From Eledone cirrhosa (Eukaryota): a stretch of 64,000 nucleotides of DNA. How positions within the stretch are numbered: position 1 is the first letter of the stretch; each line of letters begins with the position of its first letter. Both the position numbers and the translations under genes were made by a program. Location: contig OZ024742.1 in the NCBI GenBank assembly GCA_964016885.1, forward strand, positions 41,850,001-41,914,000, written 5' to 3'. Below are positions 1 to 15,000 of the stretch, one piece after another. The notes under the pieces are model-generated. The model saw only the letters and a program-made list of their open reading frames with translations, did no database searches and had not been told where the DNA came from.

Positions 1-3000
1 GACGACTTTACAGTGTGGGCTGGGTGCTTTCTGTCGTGACAACAACATGACCACTTTACAGTGTGGGTTGGGTGCTTTCTGTCGTGACATGATGACCACT
101 TTACAGTGTGGGTTGGATGCTTTCTGTCGTAACAACAACATGACCACTTTACTGTGTGGGCTGGGTGCTTTCTGTCGTGACGACAACATGACCACTTTAC
201 AGTGTGGGTTGGATGCTTTCTGTCGTGACAACAACATGACCACTTTACAGTGTGGGTTGGGTGCTTTCTGTCGTGACATGATGACCACTTTACAGTGTGG
301 GTTGGATGCTTTCTGTCGTAACAACAACATGACCACTTTACAGTGTGGGTTGGGTGCTTTCTGTTGTGAATACACGACCACTTTACAGTGTGGGTTGGGA
401 TGCTTTCTGTCGCGATAACATGATGACCACTTTACAGTGTGGGTTGGATGCTTTCTGTCGTAACAACATGACCACTTTACAGTGTGGGTTGGGTGCTTTC
501 TGTCGTGACAACAACATGATCACTTTACAGTGTGGGTTGGGATGCTTTCTGTCGCGACAACATCATGATCACTTTACAGTGTGGGTTGGGATGCTTTCTG
601 TCGCGACAACAACATGACCACTTTACAGTGTGGGTTGGGTGCTTTCTGTCGTGACAACAACATGACCACTTTACAGTATGGGTTGGGATGCTTTCTGTCG
701 CGACAACATCATGATCACTTTACAGTGTGGGTTGGATGTTTCTGTCGCGACAACAACATGAACACTTTACAGTGTGGGTTGGGTGCTTTCTGTCGTAACA
801 ACAACATGACCACTTTACAGTGTGGGTTGGGTGCTTTCTGTTGTGAATACACGACCACTTTACAGTGTGGGTTGGGATGCTTTCTGTCGCGACAACATGA
901 TGACCACTTTACAGTGTGGGTTGGATGCTTTCTGTCGTAACAACATGACCACTTTACAGTGTGGGTTGGGTGCTTTTTGTCGTGACAACAACATGACCAC
1001 TTCACAGTGTGGGTTGGGTGCTTTCTGTCGTAACAACATCATGACCACTTTACAGTGTGGGTTGGGTGCTTTCGGTCGCGACAACAACATGACCACTTTA
1101 CAGTGTGGGTTGGTTGCTTTCTGTCTTGACAACAACATGACCACTTTACCGTGTGGGTTGGGTTCTTTCTGTCGTCACAACAACATGATCACTTTACAGT
1201 GTGCGCTGTATGCTTTCTGTCGTGACAACACCATGATCACTTTACAGTGTGGGTTGGGTGCTTTCTGTCGTGACAACAACATGACCACTTTACAGTGTGG
1301 GTTGGGTGCTTTCTGTCGTGACAACAACATGACCACTTTACAGTGTGGGTTGGGTGCTTTCTGTTGTGAATACATGACCACTTTACAGTGTGGGTTGGGA
1401 TGCTTTCTGTCGCGACAACATGATGACCACTTTACAGTGTGGGTTGGATGCTTTCTGTCGTGACAACATGATGACCACTTTACAGTGTGGGTTGGGTGCT
1501 TTCTGTCGCGACAACATGACCACTTTACAGTGTGCGTTGGCTGATTTCTGTCATGACAACATCATGACCACTTTACAGTGTGGGTTGGGTGCTTTCTGTC
1601 GCGACAACAACATGACCACTACACAGTGTGGGTTGGGTGCTTTCTGTCGTAACAACAACATGACCACTTTACAGTGTGGGTTGGGTGCTTTCTGTCGTAA
1701 CAACATCATGACCACTTTACAGTGTGGGTTGGGTGCTTTCGGTCGCGACAACAACATGACCACTTTACAGTGTGGGTTGGGTGCTTTCTGTCTTGACAAC
1801 AACATGACCACTTTACAGTATGGGTTGGGTGCTTTCTGTCGTGAATACATGACCACTTTACAGTGTGGGCTGTATGCTTTCTGTCGTGACAACAACATGA
1901 TCACTTTACAGTGTGGGTTGGGTGCTTTCTGTCGTGACAACAACATGACCACTTTACAGTGTGGGTTGGGTGCTTTCTGTCGTGACAACAACATGATCAC
2001 TTTACAGTGTGGGTTGGATGCTTTCTGTCGCGACAACAACATGATCACTTTACAGTGTGGGTTGGATGCTTTCTTTCTTGACAACAACATGACCATTTTA
2101 CAGTGTGGGTTGGGTGCTTTCTGTCGTAACAACAACATGACCACTTTACAGTGTGGGTTGGGTGCTTTCTGTCGTGACAACAACATGACCACTTTACAGT
2201 GTGGGTTGGGTGCTTTCTGTCGTGACAACAACATGATCACTTTACAGTGTGGGTTGGATGCTTTCTGTCGCGACAACATCATGATCACTTTACAGTGTGG
2301 GTTGGATGCTTTCTTTCTTGACAACAACATGACCATTTTACAGTGTGGGTTGGGTGCTTTCTGTCGTAACAACAACATGACCACTTTACAGTGTGGGTTG
2401 GGTGCTTTCTGTCGTGACAACAACATGACCACTTTACAGTGTGGGTTGGGTGCTTTCTGTCGTGACAACAACATGACCACTTTACAGTGTGGGTTGGATG
2501 CTTTCTGTCGCGACAACATCATGATCACTTTACAGTGTGGGTTGGATGCTTTCTTTCTTGACAACAACATGACCACTTTACAGTGTGGGTTGGGTGCTTT
2601 CTGTCGTAACAACAACATGACCACTTTACAGTGTGGGTTGGGTGCTTTCTGTCGTAACAACAACATGACCACTTTACAGTGTGGGTTGGGTGCTTTCTGT
2701 CGTGACAACAACATGACCACTTTACAGTGTGGGTTGGGTGCTTTCCCGTCGTGACAACAACATGACCACTTTACAGTGTGGGTTGGGTGCTTTCTGTCGT
2801 GTATACATGACCACTTTACAGTATGGGTTGGGATGCTTTCTGTCGCGACAACATCATGATCACTTTACAGTGTGGGTTGTATGTTTCTGTCGCGACAACA
2901 ACATGAACACTTTACAGTGTGGGTTGGGTGCTTTCTGTCGTAACAACAACGTGACGACTTTACAGTGTGGGTTGGGTGCTTTCTGTCGTGACAACAACAT

Positions 3001-6000
3001 GACCACTTTACAGTATGGGTTGGGTGCTTTCTGTCGTGACATGATGACCACTTTACAGTGTGGGTTGGATGCTTTCTGTCGTAACAACAACATGACCAAT
3101 TTACTGTGTGGGCTGGGTGCTTTCTGTCGTGACAACAACATGACCACTTTACAGTGTAGGTTGGGTGCTTTCTGTCATGACATGATGACCACTTTACAGT
3201 GTGGGTTGGATGCTTTCTGTCGTAACAACAACATGACCACTTTACAGTGTGGGTTGGGTGCTTTCTGTTGTGAATACACGACCACTTTACAGTGTGGGTT
3301 GGGATGCTTTCTGTCGCGACAACATGATGACCACTTTACAGTGTGGGTTGGATGCTTTCTGTCGTAACAACATGACCACTTTACAGTGTGGGTTGGGTGC
3401 TTTTGTCGTGACAACAACATGACCACTTTACAGTGTGGGTTGGGTGCTTTCTGTCGTAACAACAACATGACCACTTTACAGTGTGGGTTGGGTGCTTTCT
3501 GTCGTAACAACATCATGACCACTTTACAGTGTGGGTTGGGTGCTTTCGGTCGCGACAACAACATGACCACTTTACAATGTGGGTTGGGTGCTTTCTGTCG
3601 TCACAACAACATTATCACTTTACAGTGTGGGCTGTATGCTTTCTGTCGTGACAACACCATGATCACTTTACAGTGTGGGTTGGGTGCTTTCTGTCGTGAC
3701 AACAACATGACCACTTTACAGTGTGGGTTGGGTGCTTTCTGTCGTGACAACAACATGATCACTTTACAGTGTGGGTCGGATGCTTTCTGTCGCGACAACA
3801 TCATGATCACTTTACAGTGTGGGTTGGATGCTTTCTTTCTTGACAACAACATGACCATTTTACAGTGTGGGTTGGGTGCTTTCTGTCGTAACAACAACAT
3901 GACCACTTTACAGTGTGGGTTGGGTGCTTACTGTCGTGACAACAACATGACCACTTTACAGTGTGGGTTGGTTGCTTTCTGTCGTGACATGATGACCACT
4001 TTACAGTGTGGGTTGGATGGTTTCTGTCGTAACAACAACATGACCACTTTACAGTGTGGGTTGGGTGCTTTCTGTGGTGACAACAACATGACCACTTTAC
4101 AGTGTGGGTTGGGTGCTTTCTGTCGTGACAACAACATGACCACTTTACAGTGTGGGTTGGGTGCTTTCTGTCGTGAATACATGACCACTTTACAGTATGG
4201 GTTGGGATGCTTTCTGTCGCGACAACATCATGATCACTTTACAGTGTGGGTTGGATGCTTTCTCTCTTGACAACAACATGACCACTTTACAGTGTGGGTT
4301 GGGTGCTTTCTGTCGTAACAACAACGTGACGACTTTACAGTGTGGGTTGGGTGCTTTCTGTCGTGACAACAACATGACCACTTTACAGTGTGGGTTGGGT
4401 GCTTTCTGTCGTGACATGATGACCACTTTACAGTGTGGATTGGATGCTTTCTGTCGTAACAACAACATGACCACTTTACTGTGTGGGCTGGGTGCTTTCT
4501 GTCGTGACGACAACATGACCACTTTACAGTGTGGGTTGGATGCTTTCTGTCGTAACAACAACATGACCACTTTACAGTGTGGGTTGGGTGCTTTCTGTTG
4601 TGAATACACGACCACTTTACAGTGTGGGTTGGGATGCTTTCTGTCGCGACAACATGATGACCACTTTACAGTGTGGGTTGGATGCTTTCTGTCGTAACAA
4701 CATGACCACTTTACAGTGTGGGTTGGGTGCTTTTTGTCGTGCCAACAACATGACTACTTTACAGTGTGGGTTGGATGCTTTCTGTCGTGACAACAACATG
4801 ACCACTTTACAGTGTGGGTTGGGTGCTTTCTGTCGCGACAACATCATGACCACTTTACAGTGTGGTTTGGGTGCTTTCTGTCGTAACAACATCATGACCA
4901 CTTTACAGTGTGGGTTGGGTGCTTTCTGTGGTAACAACAACATGATAACTTTACAGTGTGGGTTGGGTGCTTTCTGTCGTTACAACAGCATGACCACTTT
5001 ACAGTGTGGGTTGGGTGCTTTCTGTCGTGACAACAACGTGACCACTTTACAGTGTGGGTTGTGTGCTTTCTGTCGTGACAACAACATGACCACTTTACAG
5101 TGTGGGTTGGGTGCTTTCTGTCATGACATGATGACCACTTTACAGTGTGGGTTGGATGCTTTCTGTCGTAACAACAACATGACCACTTTACTGTGTGGGT
5201 TGGGTGCTTTCTGTCGTGACAACAACATGACCACTTTACAGTGTGGGTTGGGTGCGTTCTGTCGTGACATGATGACCACTTTACAGTGTGGGTTGGATGC
5301 TTTCTGTCGTAACAACAACATGACCTCTTTACAGTGTGGGTTGGGTGCTTTCTGTCGTGACAACAACATGACCACTTTACAGTGTGGGTTGGGTGCTTTC
5401 TGTTGTGAATACATGACCACTTTACAGTGTGGGTTGGGATACTTTCTGTCGCGACAACATGATGACCACTTTACAGTGTGGGTTGGATGCTTTCTGTCGT
5501 AACAACATGACCACTTTACAGTGTGGGTTGGGTGCTTTCTGTCGTGACAACAACATGACTACTTTACAGTGTGGGTTGGATGCTTTCTGTCGTGACAACA
5601 ACATGACCACTTTACAGTGTGGGTTGGGTGCTTTCTGTCGTAACAACATCATGACCACTTTACAGTGTGGGTTGGGTGCTTTCGGTCGCGACAACAACAT
5701 GACCACTTTACAATGTGGGTTGGGTGCTTTCTGTCTTGACAACAACATGACCACTTTACCGTGTGGGTTGGGTTCTTTCTGTCGTCACAACAACATTATC
5801 ACTTTACAGTGTGGGCTGTATGCTTTCTGTCGTGACAACACCATGATCACTTTACAGTGTGGGTTGGGTGCTTTCTGTCGTGACAACAACATGACCACTT
5901 TACAGTGTGGGTTGGGTGCTTTCTGTCGTGACAACAACATGATCACTTTACAGTGTGGGTCGGATGCTTTCTGTCGCGACAACATCATGATCACTTTACA

Positions 6001-9000
6001 GTGTGGGTTGGATGCTTTCTTTCTTGACAACAACATGACCATTTTACAGTGTGGGTTGGGTGCTTTCTGTCGTAACAACAACATGACCACTTTACAGTGT
6101 GGGTTGGGTGCTTTCTGTCGTGACAACAACATGACCACTTTACAGTGTGGGTTGGTTGCTTTCTGTCGTGACATGATGACCACTTTACAGTGTGGGTTGG
6201 ATGGTTTCTGTCGTAACAACAACATGACCACTTTACAGTGTGGGTTGGGTGCTTTCTGTCGTGACAACAACATGACCACTTTACAGTGTGGGTTGGGTGC
6301 TTTCTGTCGTGAATACATGACCACTTTACAGTATGGGTTGGGATGCTTTCTGTCGCGACAACATCATGATCACTTTACAGTGTGGGTTGGATGCTTTCTC
6401 TCTTGACAACAACATGACCACTTTACAGTGTGGGTTGGGTGCTTTCTGTCGTAACAACAACGTGACGACTTTACAGTGTGGGTTGGGTGCTTTCTGTCGT
6501 GACAACATCATGACCACTTTACAGTGTGGGTTGGGTGCTTTCGGTCGCGACAACAACATGACCACTTTACAATGTGGGTTGGGTGCTTTCTGTCTTGACA
6601 ACAACATGACCACTTTACCGTGTGGGTTGGGTTCTTTCTGTCGTCACAACAACATTATCACTTTACAGTGTGGGCTGTATGCTTTCTGTCGTGACAACAC
6701 CATGATCACTTTACAGTGTGGGTTGGGTGCTTTCTGTCGTGACAACAACATGACCACTTTACAGTGTGGGTTGGGTGCTTTCTGTCGTGACAACAACATG
6801 ATCACTTTACAGTGTGGGTCGGATGCTTTCTGTCGCGACAACATCATGATCACTTTACAGTGTGGGTTGGATGCTTTCTTTCTTGACAACAACATGACCA
6901 TTTTACAGTGTGGGTTGGGTGCTTTCTGTCGTAACAACAACATGACCACTTTACAGTGTGGGTTGGGTGCTTTCTGTCGTGACAACAACATGACCACTTT
7001 ACAGTGTGGGTTGGTTGCTTTCTGTCGTGACATGATGACCACTTTACAGTGTGGGTTGGATGGTTTCTGTCGTAACAACAACATGACCACTTTACAGTGT
7101 GGGTTGGGTGCTTTCTGTCGTGACAACAACATGACCACTTTACAGTGTGGGTTGGGTGCTTTCTGTCGTGACAACAACATGACCACTTTACAGTGTGGGT
7201 TGGGTGCTTTCTGTCGTGAATACATGACCACTTTACAGTATGGGTTGGGATGCTTTCTGTCGCGACAACATCATGATCACTTTACAGTGTGGGTTGGATG
7301 CTTTCTCTCTTGACAACAACATGACCACTTTACAGTGTGGGTTGGGTGCTTTCTGTCGTAACAACAACGTGACGACTTTACAGTGTGGGTTGGGTGCTTT
7401 CTGTCGTGACAACAACATGACCACTTTACAGTGTGGGTTGGGTGCTTTCTGTCGTGACATGATGACCACTTTACAGTGTGGATTGGATGCTTTCTGTCGT
7501 AACAACAACATGACCACTTTACTGTGTGGGCTGGGTGCTTTCTGTCGTGACGACAACATGACCACTTTACAGTGTGGGTTGGATGCTTTCTGTCGTAACA
7601 ACAACATGACCACTTTACAGTGTGGGTTGGGTGCTTTCTGTTGTGAATACACGACCACTTTACAGTGTGGGTTGGGATGCTTTCTGTCGCGACAACATGA
7701 TGACCACTTTACAGTGTGGGTTGGATGCTTTCTGTCGTAACAACATGACCACTTTACAGTGTGGGTTGGGTGCTTTTTGTCGTGCCAACAACATGACTAC
7801 TTTACAGTGTGGGTTGGGTGCTTTCTGTCGCGACAACATCATGACCACTTTACAGTGTGGTTTGGGTGCTTTCTGTCGTAACAACATCACGACCACTTTA
7901 CAGTGTGGGTTGGGTGCTTTCTGTGGTAACAACAACATGATAACTTTACAGTGTGGGTTGGGTGCTTTCTGTCGTGACAACAGCATGACCACTTTACAGT
8001 GTGGGTTGGGTGCTTTCTGTCGTGACAACAACGTGACCACTTTACAGTGTGGGTTGTGTGCTTTCTGTCGTGACAACAACATGACCACTTTACAGTGTGG
8101 GTTGGGTGCTTTCTGTCATGACATGATGACCACTTTACAGTGTGGGTTGGATGCTTTCTGTCGTAACAACAACATGACCACTTTACTGTGTGGGTTGGGT
8201 GCTTTCTGTCGTGACAACAACATGACCACTTTACAGTGTGGGTTGGGTGCGTTCTGTCGTGACATGATGACCACTTTACAGTGTGGGTTGGATGCTTTCT
8301 GTCGTAACAACAACATGACCTCTTTACAGTGTGGGTTGGGTGCTTTCTGTCGTGACAACAACATGACCACTTTACAGTGTGGGTTGGGTGCTTTCTGTTG
8401 TGAATACATGACCACTTTACAGTGTGGGTTGGGATACTTTCTGTCGCGACAACATGATGACCACTTTACAGTGTGGGTTGGATGCTTTCTGTCGTAACAA
8501 CATGACCACTTTACAGTGTGGGTTGGGTGCTTTCTGTCGTGACAACAACATGACTACTTTACAGTGTGGGTTGGATGCTTTCTGTCGTGACAACAACATG
8601 ACCACTTTACAGTGTGGGTTGGGTGCTTTCTGTCGTAACAACATCATGACCACTTTACAGTGTGGGTTGGGTGCTTTCGGTCGCGACAACAACATGACCA
8701 CTTTACAATGTGGGTTGGGTGCTTTCTGTCTTGACAACAACATGACCACTTTACCGTGTGGGTTGGGTTCTTTCTGTCGTCACAACAACATTATCACTTT
8801 ACAGTGTGGGCTGTATGCTTTCTGTCGTGACAACACCATGATCACTTTACAGTGTGGGTTGGGTGCTTTCTGTCGTGACAACAACATGACCACTTTACAG
8901 TGTGGGTTGGGTGCTTTCTGTCGTGACAACAACATGATCACTTTACAGTGTGGGTCGGATGCTTTCTGTCGCGACAACATCATGATCACTTTACAGTGTG

Positions 9001-12000
9001 GGTTGGATGCTTTCTTTCTTGACAACAACATGACCATTTTACAGTGTGGGTTGGGTGCTTTCTGTCGTAACAACAACATGACCACTTTACAGTATGGGTT
9101 GGGTGCTTTCTGTCGTGAATACATGACCACTTTACAGTGTGGGCTGTATGCTTTCTGTCGTGACAACAACATGATCACTTTACAGTGTGGGTTGGGTGCT
9201 TTCTGTCGTGACAACAACATGACCACTTTACAGTGTGGGTTGGGTGCTTTCTGTCGTGACAACAACATGATCACTTTACAGTGTGGGTTGGATGCTTTCT
9301 GTCGCGACAACAACATGATCACTTTACAGTGTGGGTTGGATGCTTTCTTTCTTGACAACAACATGACCATTTTACAGTGTGGGTTGGGTGCTTTCTGTCG
9401 TAACAACAACATGACCACTTTACAGTGTGGGTTGGGTGCTTTCTGTCGTGACAACAACATGACCATTTTACAGTGTGGGTTGGGTGCTTTCTGTCGTAAC
9501 AACAACATGACCATTTTACAGTGTGGGTTGGGTGCTTTCTGTCGTAACAACAACATGACCACTTTACAGTGTGGGTTGGGTGCTTTCTGTCGTGACAACA
9601 ACATGACCATTTTACAGTGTGGGTTGGGTGCTTTCTGTCGTAACAACAACATGACCACTTTACAGTGTGGGTTGGGTGCTTTCTGTCGTGACAACAACAT
9701 GACCACTTTACAGTGTGGGTTGGGTGCTTTCTGTCGTGACAACAACATGATCACTTTACAGTGTGGGTTGGATGCTTTCTGTCGCGACAACATCATGATC
9801 ACTTTACAGTGTGGGTTGGATGCTTTCTTTCTTGACAACAACATGACCATTTTACAGTGTGGGTTGGGTGCTTTCTGTCGTAACAACAACATGACCACTT
9901 TACAGTGTGGGTTGGGTGCTTTCTGTCGTGACAACAACATGACCACTTTACAGTGTGGGTTGGGTGCTTTCTGTCGTGACAACAACATGACCACTTTACA
10001 GTGTGGGTTGGATGCTTTCTGTCGCGACAACATCATGATCACTTTACAGTGTGGGTTGGATGCTTTCTTTCTTGACAACAACATGACCACTTTACAGTGT
10101 GGGTTGGGTGCTTTCTGTCGTAACAACAACATGACCACTTTACAGTGTGGGTTGGGTGCTTTCTGTCGTAACAACAACATGACCACTTTACAGTGTGGGT
10201 TGGGTGCTTTCTGTCGTGACAACAACATGACCACTTTACAGTGTGGGTTGGGTGCTTTCCCGTCGTGACAACAACATGACCACTTTACAGTGTGGGTTGG
10301 GTGCTTTCTGTCGTGTATACATGACCACTTTACAGTATGGGTTGGGATGCTTTCTGTCGCGACAACATCATGATCACTTTACAGTGTGGGTTGTATGTTT
10401 CTGTCGCGACAACAACATGAACACTTTACAGTGTGGGTTGGGTGCTTTCTGTCGTAACAACAACGTGACGACTTTACAGTGTGGGTTGGGTGCTTTCTGT
10501 CGTGACAACAACATGACCACTTTACAGTATGGGTTGGGTGCTTTCTGTCGTGACATGATGACCACTTTACAGTGTGGGTTGGATGCTTTCTGTCGTAACA
10601 ACAACATGACCAATTTACTGTGTGGGCTGGGTGCTTTCTGTCGTGACAACAACATGACCACTTTACAGTGTAGGTTGGGTGCTTTCTGTCATGACATGAT
10701 GACCACTTTACAGTGTGGGTTGGATGCTTTCTGTCGTAACAACAACATGACCACTTTACAGTGTGGGTTGGGTGCTTTCTGTTGTGAATACACGACCACT
10801 TTACAGTGTGGGTTGGGATGCTTTCTGTCGCGACAACATGATGACCACTTTACAGTGTGGGTTGGATGCTTTCTGTCGTAACAACATGACCACTTTACAG
10901 TGTGGGTTGGGTGCTTTTGTCGTGACAACAACATGACCACTTTACAGTGTGGGTTGGGTGCTTTCTGTCGTAACAACAACATGACCACTTTACAGTGTGG
11001 GTTGGGTGCTTTCTGTCGTAACAACATCATGACCACTTTACAGTGTGGGTTGGGTGCTTTCGGTCGCGACAACAACATGACCACTTTACAATGTGGGTTG
11101 GGTGCTTTCTGTCGTCACAACAACATTATCACTTTACAGTGTGGGCTGTATGCTTTCTGTCGTGACAACACCATGATCACTTTACAGTGTGGGTTGGGTG
11201 CTTTCTGTCGTGACAACAACATGACCACTTTACAGTGTGGGTTGGGTGCTTTCTGTCGTGACAACAACATGATCACTTTACAGTGTGGGTCGGATGCTTT
11301 CTGTCGCGACAACATCATGATCACTTTACAGTGTGGGTTGGATGCTTTCTTTCTTGACAACAACATGACCATTTTACAGTGTGGGTTGGGTGCTTTCTGT
11401 CGTAACAACAACATGACCACTTTACAGTGTGGGTTGGGTGCTTACTGTCGTGACAACAACATGACCACTTTACAGTGTGGGTTGGTTGCTTTCTGTCGTG
11501 ACATGATGACCACTTTACAGTGTGGGTTGGATGGTTTCTGTCGTAACAACAACATGACCACTTTACAGTGTGGGTTGGGTGCTTTCTGTCGTGACAACAA
11601 CATGACCACTTTACAGTGTGGGTTGGGTGCTTTCTGTCGTGACAACAACATGACCACTTTACAGTGTGGGTTGGGTGCTTTCTGTCGTGAATACATGACC
11701 ACTTTACAGTATGGGTTGGGATGCTTTCTGTCGCGACAACATCATGATCACTTTACAGTGTGGGTTGGATGCTTTCTCTCTTGACAACAACATGACCACT
11801 TTACAGTGTGGGTTGGGTGCTTTCTGTCGTAACAACAACGTGACGACTTTACAGTGTGGGTTGGGTGCTTTCTGTCGTGACAACAACATGACCACTTTAC
11901 AGTGTGGGTTGGGTGCTTTCTGTCGTGACATGATGACCACTTTACAGTGTGGATTGGATGCTTTCTGTCGTAACAACAACATGACCACTTTACTGTGTGG

Positions 12001-15000
12001 GCTGGGTGCTTTCTGTCGTGACGACAACATGACCACTTTACAGTGTGGGTTGGATGCTTTCTGTCGTAACAACAACATGACCACTTTACAGTGTGGGTTG
12101 GGTGCTTTCTGTTGTGAATACACGACCACTTTACAGTGTGGGTTGGGATGCTTTCTGTCGCGACAACATGATGACCACTTTACAGTGTGGGTTGGATGCT
12201 TTCTGTCGTAACAACATGACCACTTTACAGTGTGGGTTGGGTGCTTTTTGTCGTGCCAACAACATGACTACTTTACAGTGTGGGTTGGATGCTTTCTGTC
12301 GTGACAACAACATGACCACTTTACAGTGTGGGTTGGGTGCTTTCTGTCGCGACAACATCATGACCACTTTACAGTGTGGTTTGGGTGCTTTCTGTCGTAA
12401 CAACATCATGACCACTTTACAGTGTGGGTTGGGTGCTTTCTGTGGTAACAACAACATGATAACTTTACAGTGTGGGTTGGGTGCTTTCTGTCGTTACAAC
12501 AGCATGACCACTTTACAGTGTGGGTTGGGTGCTTTCTGTCGTGACAACAACGTGACCACTTTACAGTGTGGGTTGTGTGCTTTCTGTCGTGACAACAACA
12601 TGACCACTTTACAGTGTGGGTTGGGTGCTTTCTGTCATGACATGATGACCACTTTACAGTGTGGGTTGGATGCTTTCTGTCGTAACAACAACATGACCAC
12701 TTTACTGTGTGGGTTGGGTGCTTTCTGTCGTGACAACAACATGACCACTTTACAGTGTGGGTTGGGTGCGTTCTGTCGTGACATGATGACCACTTTACAG
12801 TGTGGGTTGGATGCTTTCTGTCGTAACAACAACATGACCTCTTTACAGTGTGGGTTGGGTGCTTTCTGTCGTGACAACAACATGACCACTTTACAGTGTG
12901 GGTTGGGTGCTTTCTGTTGTGAATACATGACCACTTTACAGTGTGGGTTGGGATACTTTCTGTCGCGACAACATGATGACCACTTTACAGTGTGGGTTGG
13001 ATGCTTTCTGTCGTAACAACAACATGACCACTTTACAGTGTGGGTTGGGTGCTTTCTGTCGTGACAACAACATGACTACTTTACAGTGTGGGTTGGATGC
13101 TTTCTGTCGTGACAACAACATGACCACTTTACAGTGTGGGTTGGGTGCTTTCTGTCGTAACAACATCATGACCACTTTACAGTGTGGGTTGGGTGCTTTC
13201 GGTCGCGACAACAACATGACCACTTTACAATGTGGGTTGGGTGCTTTCTGTCTTGACAACAACATGACCACTTTACCGTGTGGGTTGGGTTCTTTCTGTC
13301 GTCACAACAACATTATCACTTTACAGTGTGGGCTGTATGCTTTCTGTCGTGACAACACCATGATCACTTTACAGTGTGGGTTGGGTGCTTTCTGTCGTGA
13401 CAACAACATGACCACTTTACAGTGTGGGTTGGGTGCTTTCTGTCGTGACAACAACATGATCACTTTACAGTGTGGGTCGGATGCTTTCTGTCGCGACAAC
13501 ATCATGATCACTTTACAGTGTGGGTTGGATGCTTTCTTTCTTGACAACAACATGACCATTTTACAGTGTGGGTTGGGTGCTTTCTGTCGTAACAACAACA
13601 TGACCACTTTACAGTGTGGGTTGGGTGCTTTCTGTCGTGACAACAACATGACCACTTTACAGTGTGGGTTGGTTGCTTTCTGTCGTGACATGATGACCAC
13701 TTTACAGTGTGGGTTGGATGGTTTCTGTCGTAACAACAACATGACCACTTTACAGTGTGGGTTGGGTGCTTTCTGTCGTGACAACAACATGACCAGTTTA
13801 CAGTGTGGGTTGGGTGCTTTCTGTCGTGACAACAACATGACCACTTTACAGTGTGGGTTGGGTGCTTTCTGTCGTGACAACAACATGACCACTTTACAGT
13901 GTGGGTTGGGTGCTTTCTGTCGTGAATACATGACCACTTTACAGTATGGGTTGGGATGCTTTCTGTCGCGACAACATCATGATCACTTTACAGTGTGGGT
14001 TGGATGCTTTCTCTCTTGACAACAACATGACCACTTTACAGTGTGGGTTGGGTGCTTTCTGTCGTAACAACAACGTGACGACTTTACAGTGTGGGTTGGG
14101 TGCTTTCTGTCGTGACAACATCATGACCACTTTACAGTGTGGGTTGGGTGCTTTCGGTCGCGACAACAACATGACCACTTTACAATGTGGGTTGGGTGCT
14201 TTCTGTCTTGACAACAACATGACCACTTTACCGTGTGGGTTGGGTTCTTTCTGTCGTCACAACAACATTATCACTTTACAGTGTGGGCTGTATGCTTTCT
14301 GTCGTGACAACACCATGATCACTTTACAGTGTGGGTTGGGTGCTTTCTGTCGTGACAACAACATGACCACTTTACAGTGTGGGTTGGGTGCTTTCTGTCG
14401 TGACAACAACATGATCACTTTACAGTGTGGGTCGGATGCTTTCTGTCGCGACAACATCATGATCACTTTACAGTGTGGGTTGGATGCTTTCTTTCTTGAC
14501 AACAACATGACCATTTTACAGTGTGGGTTGGGTGCTTTCTGTCGTAACAACAACATGACCACTTTACAGTGTGGGTTGGGTGCTTTCTGTCGTGACATGA
14601 TGACCACTTTACAGTGTGGGTTGGATGGTTTCTGTCGTAACAACAACATGACCACTTTACAGTGTGGGTTGGGTGCTTTCTGTCGTGACAACAACATGAC
14701 CACTTTACAGTGTGGGTTGGGTGCTTTCTGTCGTGACAACAACATGACCACTTTACAGTGTGGGTTGGGTGCTTTCTGTCGTGAATACATGACCACTTTA
14801 CAGTATGGGTTGGGATGCTTTCTGTCGCGACAACATCATGATCACTTTACAGTGTGGGTTGGATGCTTTCTCTCTTGACAACAACATGACCACTTTACAG
14901 TGTGGGTTGGGTGCTTTCTGTCGTAACAACAACGTGACGACTTTACAGTGTGGGTTGGGTGCTTTCTGTCGTGACAACAACATGACCACTTTACAGTGTG